From positions 1 through 31,748 of the IMG/VR virus record IMGVR_UViG_3300020388_000042: a DNA stretch of 31,748 nucleotides. The stretch is one strand, 5' to 3'. Below the pieces are notes generated by a model. It had not been told where the DNA came from. It searched no databases and worked only from the letters and a program-made list of their open reading frames with translations. Both the position numbers and the translations under genes were made by a program. How positions within the stretch are numbered: the first letter of the stretch is position 1; each line of letters opens with the position of its first letter. Shown piece by piece: positions 23,718 to 31,748 of the stretch. The DNA is from a virus (taxonomy: Duplodnaviria > Caudoviricetes).

Positions 23718-24221
23718 TCAAAACGGAATTTCGTCGGTGTTGTCAGCGTCCGGCACTGAGGCAGCCTGATTCCATGCGGCTACATTTTGCTGGCCAACCG
23801 TTTGCTTTGGTGGTGGCATCGGGCAGCCTTCAGCAGGTGCAGCAGGAGGTGCAGCAGCAGGTGGAGCATTGTTAGTGGCCTGCTGCTGCTGTTGATCAGT
23901 TCTGTCGATGAACTTTTCAATCTCATTGGCTGTAAACTTTTCAGCCACTTTTGTCGTGCCGTCGTTGCCCTGATAAGTCTCAGGAGCTTCGACGCGGCCT
24001 GTAACCATCACAGAATCGCCACGGTGTATGTAGTTGCCTACATACTCCGCAGATTTGCCCCAAATGGCCACTTTTACATAGCGTTTTGCAACCTCTTGAT
24101 TTTTGCGCTTTTGTTGTCGCGCTGAGATTGTAAAATTTGCAACTATGTTGCCGTTTTCAAAATACCGGACTTCCGGTTCTTTGCCGACTATCGATCCTGT
24201 CAGTTGTCCTGTGTAAGCCAT
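23718..24221 (-). CDS. ssb: Single-stranded DNA-binding protein
   Basis: OB-fold motifs PEVRYFENG..VANF, VAIWGK.AE....Y..RGD.V.V.GR; Gln/Pro/Ala linker; acidic DEIPF tail. Confidence 0.93.
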   Translation of the reverse strand: MAYTGQLTGSIVGKEPEVRYFENGNIVANFTISARQQKRKNQEVAKRYVKVAIWGKSAEYVGNYIHRGDSVMVTGRVEAPETYQGNDGTTKVAEKFTANEIEKFIDRTDQQQQQATNNAPPAAAPPAAPAEGCPMPPPKQTVGQQNVAAWNQAASVPDADNTDEIPF

Positions 24222-24400
24222 TTTGTGTCTAGTTTTTCAAAGGATGTAATCCCGTCTAAGGGGTAGAGCACGCGGTTGCTGATCCTCATAAAAGGAGGCC
24301 CAGTGCCCGCGTGTCTCCAGTTAGCAAGCGTTTGCTCTTTCATCCGCCATCGATTAGCGAGCTCTTTTGGGCTTAAAAAAGCTGGTGATTGATCATTCAT
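24200..24400 (-). CDS. Excisionase/AlpA-like HTH protein
   Basis: FLSPKELANRW.....TLANWR..G.GP.F.RI..RVLY motif; RBS GGAGG upstream. Confidence 0.85.
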   Translation of the reverse strand: MNDQSPAFLSPKELANRWRMKEQTLANWRHAGTGPPFMRISNRVLYPLDGITSFEKLDTKWLTQDN

Positions 24401-24641
24401 GCAAGCCTCCTACAGGTGGAGCTAATGGAGGATGAAACCAGCTTGACACCGGGTTGCTCATAAAATTGCCAGCAGTGGTGCATTGTGGCGCTGTGGTTGA
24501 TGACTCGTAAAAACGCAACAAATCCTGGTCATTTAAAAACCAATTGGTTTTTTCGTGGCATAAGTTAAAGGGTTTAAAAACGGTTGCGTATGCAATCCAA
24601 ATAATTTCTTTTGCGTTTGTCATTGTGGAGTCTCCTTTCAA
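24393..24641 (-). CDS. Hypothetical protein (uncertain)
   Basis: Fills the gap between the RecT-like and HTH genes; RBS AGGAG before MTNAKE; no recognisable motif. Confidence 0.4.
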   Translation of the reverse strand: MKGDSTMTNAKEIIWIAYATVFKPFNLCHEKTNWFLNDQDLLRFYESSTTAPQCTTAGNFMSNPVSSWFHPPLAPPVGGLHE

Positions 24642-25420
24642 AACATTGGCTCCGGTGCTAGTTGTTCAGCAGGGTTGCTATTCTCCGCATCAGGCGGTGA
24701 CTGTTCTGCGTTAATGACCGTTGCTTGTTCGAAAACTGGCTGCGTGTCTTGTTTAATTAATTGCGCATTAAGCGCTTCAACTTTAGATACTGTTGATTGA
24801 CCAGAATCGGGGGTTATGTCGCTTGAGTCAAGTGTTGCGTTGTTTTGTATCATTTGAGAGGGCATCGTACTTACCTCGTCATCACTCTGCATACCGCAGG
24901 TTACTTCAGGACAATACAGTCTGATCAGCCAGGTCGCACTTCGATACCTAAGCATTTGCTCAGGAATCGATCTGTACTTGGCATTTTTAGTCCAGCCATC
25001 AGCTTTTGCCATGGCCATCGAAACATTTACGGACACTACTTCGTCCGTCGCTTTTAGGGTCGCGTAACAGGTGACTTCAAGATCGTCTCCTTTACCTTCG
25101 CTTGTCCACGTCAATGGGCCAACAAAAGGGCCGCGAGTGTTGGCTAAGCCGATCATGAACTGCGAGCTAAAACTCGGGCGTCCGTTGATCACTTGAGTAT
25201 TTTGCAGGCAAAGCAGCGGATTTATGCGGAGTTGCAATGCCATTTGGATCGCCACAAATGTGTCTTGTGGTTTGTTTTGAAAGTGCACGGGAACCATTTT
25301 GGACCCCGAAAAGGCTGTCGCAACTCTCCAAATGTGCTCAAAGGCGTTTGAGTCTGTAAGAAAACTCAGCTCAGGATTTTGCTGCGCGGGGGTCGTGATC
25401 GTGATCGAGTTCTCAGTCAT
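24638..25420 (-). CDS. recT: RecT-like single-strand annealing recombinase
   Basis: S.MVP.HFQNKP.D..VA...A..L...P....Q....INGRP and MA.A.GW.KN.KY...PEQML.YR.A....R...PEV..G motifs. Confidence 0.8.
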   Translation of the reverse strand: MTENSITITTPAQQNPELSFLTDSNAFEHIWRVATAFSGSKMVPVHFQNKPQDTFVAIQMALQLRINPLLCLQNTQVINGRPSFSSQFMIGLANTRGPFVGPLTWTSEGKGDDLEVTCYATLKATDEVVSVNVSMAMAKADGWTKNAKYRSIPEQMLRYRSATWLIRLYCPEVTCGMQSDDEVSTMPSQMIQNNATLDSSDITPDSGQSTVSKVEALNAQLIKQDTQPVFEQATVINAEQSPPDAENSNPAEQLAPEPMF

Positions 25421-26237
25421 TGTTCCACCGGGGGAGATTTAAGGTTTCAATTTGGTTGCTGTAGCTGGGCCACTTTTGTTCACGCTTCCACTCAGCAATC
25501 CGCGCAAGGTCTTGGTCCGCCGCTCGGCCACCAGCAGCCACCATCTCAGGAGCCGCAACGTACACCGCCACTGCGAAAGGTGGGGTCTTTTCGACTGCGA
25601 TGAAAACGAACTGGGTTGCATCGGGGACGCCCCGCAAATACCAATCAGCCTGAACGTGATACCGAAAATTGGAACAGCTCTTAGCAAACCCCTCTGCGCT
25701 GGCATCAACTGTGGTTTTCAAGTCAACGACCATGCCCTCGACAAGCCAGTCTGGGCGGCACTTACATGCCATGCCAGTTTGCTGATCGGTCCAAGTGAAA
25801 GTTTGCTCAGCCTCGCCATCTAGGTTCAAAATCGCCCTGGCGGCTGGGTGGATCATTACGCTTTCGGTCATTGACCGCAGCGTCTCAACACTTTCGCCAG
25901 TTAACAGGGTCTTGCCTTTGGCGTTGGCTTGCCATTCTTTCCATTCCGCTTTGCCAGCGGTTGTGCGCTTATCAATTTTTGGCGCAACGCAAAAGTCCTT
26001 TTCATAAACATCGGGTTCTAAAACCATTGCGTGAAAGGCACTGCCTAACACCATTGCTGGCGTTGGCTCAGGTGAGATGCGATCAGGGTCCAAATACCTT
26101 GCCCAGTAGTGGCGGCCAGATTTGTGCGCTTCATCAAGGTGGCTTTTGCTGACCTGGGGGCTTGCGTGATACGCGGCATTGGAGAGCTCTTTCTCCTTTG
26201 GCATACTTTGGGGTTCGGGGTGATCCTTGGCGATCAT
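25413..26237 (-). CDS. RecE/exonuclease VIII-like PD-(D/E)XK nuclease (DUF3799 type)
   Basis: SNAAYHA...VSKS.LD, LGSAFH..VLEP, KCRPDW...VVDLKTT, YHVQA..Y and F.FIAVEK.PP motifs. Confidence 0.92.
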   Translation of the reverse strand: MIAKDHPEPQSMPKEKELSNAAYHASPQVSKSHLDEAHKSGRHYWARYLDPDRISPEPTPAMVLGSAFHAMVLEPDVYEKDFCVAPKIDKRTTAGKAEWKEWQANAKGKTLLTGESVETLRSMTESVMIHPAARAILNLDGEAEQTFTWTDQQTGMACKCRPDWLVEGMVVDLKTTVDASAEGFAKSCSNFRYHVQADWYLRGVPDATQFVFIAVEKTPPFAVAVYVAAPEMVAAGGRAADQDLARIAEWKREQKWPSYSNQIETLNLPRWNND

Positions 26238-26351
26238 ACAGCGTCCTTTCGCTTACCTGTGCTTACCGTGACATACCGTTACAACTCATTGATTTTAAAC
26301 AACTTTTCACTATACAATCGATTCGGTCAACCCCTATAACGGCCAAACAAT

Positions 26352-27764
26352 ATGGAAGTAAGACTCAGGAATTATCAGGAAGCAGGAGTAAGAGATTTGC
26401 GTTTTGCGTTTATGAATGGACACCGGTCTGTCCTCTATGTGCTGCCAACTGGTGGCGGCAAAACAGTCATCTTTTGCCACATTGCGGAGCAGGCGGCAAA
26501 GAAAGGAAATCGCATTGTTGTTTTGGTGCACCGGCAGGAACTGGTCGATCAAACCTCTAAAGCATTAACGGCCCTAGGCGTTGCTCACGGCATCATTGCG
26601 GCGGGGACTGACATGGATTTGGCTTATGCAGTACAAGTCGCTTCAGTCCAAACGCTGGTCCGCAGGCTGCACCGAATCCCTGATAGTTTTTTCTCCCTTT
26701 TAGTGGTGGATGAAGCTCACCACGCTGTCGCTGGCAGTTGGAGCAAAGTGCTCGACCATTACGGCAAGGCAAAAGTCCTTGGCGTGACCGCAACACCAGA
26801 GCGGCTTGATGGACGCGGCTTGATCGATAAATTCAGCGCCATGATCTGCGGTCCTCAGATGCAAGAGCTGCAGGCAGATAACTACCTCGCACAGTGCCGC
26901 ATTTTTGCACCGCCAATGAATCTTGATTTGTCAAAAGTAGCGTCTCGTATGGGTGACTACGACTTAAACCAGGTCGAAGACCAAACCATGAGGCCTGATT
27001 TTGTTGGCGACACTGTCGCTCATTTCAAAAAATACATAGGCGATGGCACGGCAATCGCTTTTTGCACATCCATTAGGCATAGCGAGACCATTGCAGAAGC
27101 TTTTAAGGAGGCGGGAATCTCTGCTGCACACCTTGACGGCAACATGCAAAAAGAAGAGCGCCGTGAATTGATAAAAAAACTTGGCACCGGGGAGGTTCGC
27201 TTACTCACCTCATGCCAAATCATTTCAGAGGGTACGGACGTGCCTTCTGTCACCGGATGCCTGTTGTTGAGGCCGACGCAATCGCTGTCGATGTATCTCC
27301 AACAGGTAGGCCGCTGCCTTCGGCCCTCCCGAGGTAAGGCAGCGGCCATCATCCTCGACCACGTTGGCAACGTCGAAAAACACGGTCTGCCAAACCAGCC
27401 ACGTCAGTGGTCACTTAACGCAAAGAAGCGAAGCAAGCGGGACAAGGTTGAGGAAGTCAACGTCAAGACCTGCCCTCATTGCTTTTCGGTTGTCGCTTCT
27501 GCGACTCAAACCTGCGCAGCTTGCGGCCACGTCTTTCAGTCCAAAGCAAGAAAACACCGCTACAGCGATGCAGAGCTAGTAGAGCTGACTCCAGACCACA
27601 TTCTGGAACGACAGGAAAAACAAGCTAAGCGGAAAGCTATAGGTCAAGCCCGCACCTTGGATGAGCTGATCGCTTTGGGAGCTTCACGCGGATACAAGCC
27701 AGGCTGGGCACACTACATTTTTAATTCCAGACAGGTCCGCAGATATGGCAGGCAGCAGCAATGA
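26352..27764 (+). CDS. SF2 DEAH helicase with C-terminal Zn finger
   Basis: LR.YQ, LPTGGGKT, DEAHH, TATPER and QQVGRCLR motifs; CPHC...CAAC. Confidence 0.95.
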   Translation: MEVRLRNYQEAGVRDLRFAFMNGHRSVLYVLPTGGGKTVIFCHIAEQAAKKGNRIVVLVHRQELVDQTSKALTALGVAHGIIAAGTDMDLAYAVQVASVQTLVRRLHRIPDSFFSLLVVDEAHHAVAGSWSKVLDHYGKAKVLGVTATPERLDGRGLIDKFSAMICGPQMQELQADNYLAQCRIFAPPMNLDLSKVASRMGDYDLNQVEDQTMRPDFVGDTVAHFKKYIGDGTAIAFCTSIRHSETIAEAFKEAGISAAHLDGNMQKEERRELIKKLGTGEVRLLTSCQIISEGTDVPSVTGCLLLRPTQSLSMYLQQVGRCLRPSRGKAAAIILDHVGNVEKHGLPNQPRQWSLNAKKRSKRDKVEEVNVKTCPHCFSVVASATQTCAACGHVFQSKARKHRYSDAELVELTPDHILERQEKQAKRKAIGQARTLDELIALGASRGYKPGWAHYIFNSRQVRRYGRQQQ

Positions 27765-28095
27765 ACAGGCAATTCAGAACAGGATTCGCATGTCTTTATC
27801 AAGAGGGGCAGCAAGGCTATTCCGAAACAACACCGGGGCTCTTAAAGACGCAAACGGGCGACCAATCTTCTTTGGATTGTGCAAAGGAAGTTCAGACCTT
27901 ATCGGCTGGAAAACAATCGAAATCAAATCGGAAGATGTTGGCAAAAAGGTCGCCGTGTTTTGTGCAATCGAAGTTAAAGATAAAGCGAAGGCAACGCCTC
28001 TACAGCGCAGGTTTTTGGAGGTCGTTAGTGAGGCCGGGGGCTTTGCAGGAATTGCTCGCTCCGTCAACGACGCAAAGCGAATTATCGGTATGTAA
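27745..28095 (+). CDS. VRR-NUC family nuclease
   Basis: EQ.IQ..IR, LFRNNTG, GLCKGSSDLIG, AIEVK, Q..FL..V...GG.AG.ARS..DA motifs. Confidence 0.92.
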   Translation: MAGSSNEQAIQNRIRMSLSRGAARLFRNNTGALKDANGRPIFFGLCKGSSDLIGWKTIEIKSEDVGKKVAVFCAIEVKDKAKATPLQRRFLEVVSEAGGFAGIARSVNDAKRIIGM

Positions 28096-28170
28096 CCGAT
28101 TGTCTCTGTGGTATGGCATTCGTGTTAGAGGCAGAATACTTTTATTCCGCACTTCTGCCCTTCGCCAGCG

Positions 28171-28425
28171 ATGGCTGTCACCCCTGCTGAGTGCCTTGAA
28201 AAGCTGCGACAGCTCTACGCTGACGCTTTCAAGGTTTACAACGCCACAAATCAACAAATTTTGGACTGGGCCGACAAGCCTGAGACCTGGGCAACGCACA
28301 AAATTGCTTACGGCGGTTGGACTTACTTCGCTACCGAAGCGGTTGTACGCAGTTGCCGCATTTACAGAAAGCGAGCTCATGTAGCCGCAGCAGTCAAACT
28401 CAAATCAGCGCAGGAGAATCGGTAA
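28171..28425 (+). CDS. Hypothetical protein
   Basis: 84-aa ORF, coupled by TAATG to the next gene. Confidence 0.65.
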   Translation: MAVTPAECLEKLRQLYADAFKVYNATNQQILDWADKPETWATHKIAYGGWTYFATEAVVRSCRIYRKRAHVAAAVKLKSAQENR

Positions 28426-28631
28426 TGAACGACAAAGCTATAAAAGAATTTCAAGACAGTTTTGCTTTTCGCTCAGGTGCTAAGTATGAACGTCGTCGCA
28501 TTGCTGAACTCTTACGCATACGCCGTGCTGACTTGCGTGATCTTGACGGTCCAAATCATCTCACCCGCAACGCTCGCTTGGCTGCTGCTGAACTTTCTAG
28601 GGTGATCGACCTTGTTGAGGACGGCGAGTAA
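28425..28631 (+). CDS. Hypothetical protein (68 aa)
   Basis: RBS AGGAG at 28412-16, ATG at 28425; TAATG overlaps at both ends; AFRSG...ERRRI pattern. Confidence 0.7.
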   Translation: MNDKAIKEFQDSFAFRSGAKYERRRIAELLRIRRADLRDLDGPNHLTRNARLAAAELSRVIDLVEDGE

Positions 28632-30748
28632 TGCCTGACCTCATTGACCAGCTCCGGGCACTGCCCGATGGCTGGGGCTTAGTCGCTGTTGGTAAAAACA
28701 AAAGGCCTTACCAAGATGAGTGGCAACTCAACCCCCTCAGCAAAGCACAGGTCGAAGATGAAATTAAAGCAGGCCGGGCTCACGCTGTTGGCGTTTTGGC
28801 TGGCCCTGTTAGCGGTGGGCTGCTGTTCGTTGATCACGACGGCATCTCAGCTTCTGAAGTCTTAGCTGACATCGGCGCACCGCTGGCAACACTCCCAAAA
28901 TCGTGGGCCATGACCTCAGGCCGTGACGGGCGGCTGCAGATCATTTATCAAGTCCCCGAACGCTACTGGGAGCACATAAAAACTAAAAAAATCAAGTCTG
29001 GCAAACAAGATGAACAAGGGAACAACGAACAGCTAGAGCTGCGCTGGACTGGCTGCCAATCAGTCGTCATCGGGGAACATCCCATGACAGGCTCTTACAA
29101 ATGGCTTCCGAAACGCAGCCCAAATGAAGAAGAACTAAACGAGGCACCAACTGCTCTGATTGAGCAAATGCTCAGGGAGAAAACTCCTGAACCTGCTCCC
29201 TTGCTGTTGCCACCTATTGGACCGCAACCAACAGATTCAGAACGAGCCCGTACTTACTTGGAAGCGCTTAACACGGCACGCGCAGACGATTACGACGATT
29301 GGCTCACTGTCGGCATGGCTTTGCACAGCCTTGGCGATCCGTCGCTCCTCAGCGATTGGCAAGCATGGTCTACTGCAAGCGCTAAACACAAGCCAGGTGA
29401 CTGCGAAAAGAAATGGAAGAGCTTCAAGCAGGGCTCGACAAATTTGGGCAGCCTTGGTCACTTCGCTAAACAAGACGGCTGGAAGCCATCTCGAAAGTCG
29501 CCAACACGCAGTGCAAAAACACTTCCATCCATAAGCAAACAGACCGACACGTCTGATGAGAACACAACTGAAGTTCAGGTAGCTGCGCGAAAATTAGAGC
29601 CCATCGAATTACTGCAACACCTTCGAAAAAAAAATTTTGAAGAGGGCCCTAATGGGGCGATCCGAAAAAAAAAGAATCTTGAGATTCGTTACAACATCTT
29701 TACACAACAGATTGAAATACTTGGCCAGGCATTCAAAGGGGCCGAACGCTTTTACTTGGCTCTTGCTGAGCTGGGCTACAAGGTCGCAAAAGATTTGGCG
29801 TTTGACTGTCTAGTCGCCGTTGCCCAGGAAAACGAACACGATCCTGTCAGGCAGTATTTGGAGTTTGTAGCTGACAATGTAGAGCCGACTTACATCGAGG
29901 CACTAGCTACTCAATACCTGCGACCCGACGACCAACCGGGCACTCTTTACGACGAGATGATCAAGCGAACGCTGATCGCTGCCGTCAAGCGTTGCTTTGA
30001 GCCTGGGGCAAAGCATGACACGGCGTGCGTTCTCATGGGCGATCAAGGCGCACGCAAATCGAGCTTTTGGAACGTCCTGGGCGGTGAGTTTTTCTCAGAC
30101 AGCCTGAAAGACATCAGCAGCAAAGATGACCTCATGATCCTGCACCGCTCATGGCTTATGGAATGGGCAGAGCTTGATCACTTGACAGGCAAAAAGCACG
30201 CAGGTCAGGTCAAAGCATTTCTCTCACAGCACACGGACACGTTTCGCGTTCCCTATGGCAAGGCAACTGAACAGTTTCCGCGAAGAGGCATCATTGTTGG
30301 CTCAACCAACAAATCAACAGGCTTTTTGGTCGACGAAACCGGCAACCGCCGCTTTTGGGTTATCCCTACGCCACTAAACACAAAGACACCAATCAATACT
30401 GCTGCCTTAGCTCTGGAGCGCGACAGTATTTGGGCAGCGGCCGTGCTCGCATACAGAAAGGGCGAGTCATCGTTTTTGTCCGTGGAAAGGGAGACTGAAG
30501 TTGCTGAAGAAAATACGGATTACTTGGTCACAAACCCTTGGCAGCCTGTCATCGAAAATTGGCTTGTTGCAAACACAGGCTCTGTCATCACGACCGAAGC
30601 GATCCTTACTGAAGCAGTGATGAAACCGATCGAACGGCAGACAAAAGGCGATCAAATGCAAGTTGCTGACGTTCTGAAACGCCTTGGCTATGAACGCAAG
30701 CGAATCATGCTCAATGGCAGCCGCTGCTGGCGCTGGGAACGTCTTTAA
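28631..30748 (+). CDS. Primase-polymerase / PriCT-2 / VapE-type helicase fusion
   Basis: Prim-pol LFVDHDG and HPMTGSY.W; PriCT-2 YDDWL.VGMALH...W..WS...KW.SF; VapE P-loop GDQGARKSS, WLMEWAEL, FRVPYG and DETGNRRFW. Confidence 0.93.
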   Translation: MPDLIDQLRALPDGWGLVAVGKNKRPYQDEWQLNPLSKAQVEDEIKAGRAHAVGVLAGPVSGGLLFVDHDGISASEVLADIGAPLATLPKSWAMTSGRDGRLQIIYQVPERYWEHIKTKKIKSGKQDEQGNNEQLELRWTGCQSVVIGEHPMTGSYKWLPKRSPNEEELNEAPTALIEQMLREKTPEPAPLLLPPIGPQPTDSERARTYLEALNTARADDYDDWLTVGMALHSLGDPSLLSDWQAWSTASAKHKPGDCEKKWKSFKQGSTNLGSLGHFAKQDGWKPSRKSPTRSAKTLPSISKQTDTSDENTTEVQVAARKLEPIELLQHLRKKNFEEGPNGAIRKKKNLEIRYNIFTQQIEILGQAFKGAERFYLALAELGYKVAKDLAFDCLVAVAQENEHDPVRQYLEFVADNVEPTYIEALATQYLRPDDQPGTLYDEMIKRTLIAAVKRCFEPGAKHDTACVLMGDQGARKSSFWNVLGGEFFSDSLKDISSKDDLMILHRSWLMEWAELDHLTGKKHAGQVKAFLSQHTDTFRVPYGKATEQFPRRGIIVGSTNKSTGFLVDETGNRRFWVIPTPLNTKTPINTAALALERDSIWAAAVLAYRKGESSFLSVERETEVAEENTDYLVTNPWQPVIENWLVANTGSVITTEAILTEAVMKPIERQTKGDQMQVADVLKRLGYERKRIMLNGSRCWRWERL

Positions 30749-30755
30749 GGCCTAT

Positions 30756-31036
30756 TGCCTCACCTGAGGGGGCGATTTACCCCACCTGTTGCCCTACCTC
30801 GACACACAGCACATCTCAGTGCTAGCAACTGTTTTTTCACGTTTTGCCCTACCTGGATCACTGCCCTACCTTTTTCGAACACTTCTCTTGAACACACCCT
30901 TTAACTACTCCGCAATGCCCTTCTCTCCCTTTTACTTAACTCTTCACATATAGGTAGGGTAAGTAGGACAAGTAGGACAATCCATTCCAGCGCAAGGGAT
31001 TTTAGATGCCCTACCTCTGCCCTACCTACCTCACCT
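30756..31036. repeat. Iteron-like repeat cluster, putative replication origin
   Basis: Exact TGCCCTACCT at 30790, 30845, 30862, 31007 and 31018; variants at 30756, 30778 and 31027; inverted variants at 30952, 30961 and 30970. Non-coding, directly after the primase/helicase gene. Confidence 0.75.
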
Positions 31037-31076
31037 AAGCTCGTCATTACGATGGGTCTATCCAAGGACGCAATAC

Positions 31077-31646
31077 ATGTTCAAACTTGATGTCGAGCTT
31101 CTCAACGACAAAAAATTCATTGCAATGCTTCAATCGCTTAGCAATGAAAAAACGAATGTTGCGATTAAGGCGGGCGTAAAAGATGCGGGTAGGGCCGCAA
31201 GAATGGTGATCTCTAAAGGCCTTCGGAACCCAGGCAATCTCAACCTGGCTTCGTCCATTATCAAAGAGGATGTTTATGAGCCCAGATACACTCCAGGTGG
31301 AACAGGCCTAACCGTCAAAGCTGCTTATACCCCTAGAACAGCTAGGGCCTACAAAGCCAAGGCTAACGCTAGAGGATTAGGTGTCACTTTCTACAAAGGG
31401 CAACGCCATCAAATTAAGAGAGGCTTCTTTGTTAAAGGCTCAGGGTCGAAGGCTGGATTGCCATTCGCTAGGACGAGTGACGAACGCAATGCAAAGCTAC
31501 GCATCATCTCTGGGCCTTCTATCGCTGCTGCATATACGAACGGACAAAACTCAGACGCACTGAAGGCAAAGGTTGAAAGAGTTATGGAAGAGAAATTAGT
31601 AGCTGGAATTAAGAGACGACTTAAGTCTTTCACCCGCGGATTCTGA
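31077..31646 (+). CDS. Lambda gpZ-like (minor tail Z family) basic protein
   Basis: Lys/Arg-rich 189 aa; G...IKRGF.......LPFAR......L..ISGPSI pattern. Confidence 0.6.
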   Translation: MFKLDVELLNDKKFIAMLQSLSNEKTNVAIKAGVKDAGRAARMVISKGLRNPGNLNLASSIIKEDVYEPRYTPGGTGLTVKAAYTPRTARAYKAKANARGLGVTFYKGQRHQIKRGFFVKGSGSKAGLPFARTSDERNAKLRIISGPSIAAAYTNGQNSDALKAKVERVMEEKLVAGIKRRLKSFTRGF

Positions 31647-31748
31647 TCCCGCATGCCTCCCTTTCTTAAGAGAGGACACACAAACTGCCCCCCTGTAGCC
31701 CCCCATGTTGGTTCCCCCCGGGGGCTCTCTCTGGCGGCGGCCCCCCGT

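Noticed and set aside
27761-28384. 207-aa ORF overlapping VRR-NUC, plus the many short antisense ORFs in tail and replication genes
   Set aside because: They overlap well-supported genes in other frames and show no recognisable motifs or RBS.
30756-31036. CRISPR array
   Set aside because: Repeats are only 10 bp, irregularly spaced and in both orientations; no cas genes.

Overview
About 32 kb of a temperate, contractile-tailed (P2/Mu-like tail module) bacteriophage, very likely infecting a picocyanobacterium (Synechococcus/Cyanobium type). The order is: baseplate/fibre genes (5'-truncated), sheath, tube, chaperone (with a -1 frameshift extension), tape measure, U/X/D; a lysis cassette; a tyrosine integrase next to an intact attP (3' half of a tRNA-Met(CAT) between arm repeats); small early genes behind four repeated promoter/leader cassettes; SSB, RecT- and RecE-like genes; helicase, VRR-NUC, primase/VapE and an iteron-like origin. 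The most interesting signal was missed by the ORF track. At 17183-17390 a perfect NtcA box (GTA-N8-TAC) abuts a glutamine-II (Downstream-peptide) riboswitch, which precedes a 37-aa YRGxxY (DUF4278-type) peptide converging on the integrase 3' end. On the other side of attP lies an NblA-like gene. Together these suggest a nitrogen-status-sensing module around the integration locus. A second candidate programmed -1 frameshift (A_AAA_AAG) extends a small holin-like gene. All family assignments come from motif recognition by eye; no searches were run.
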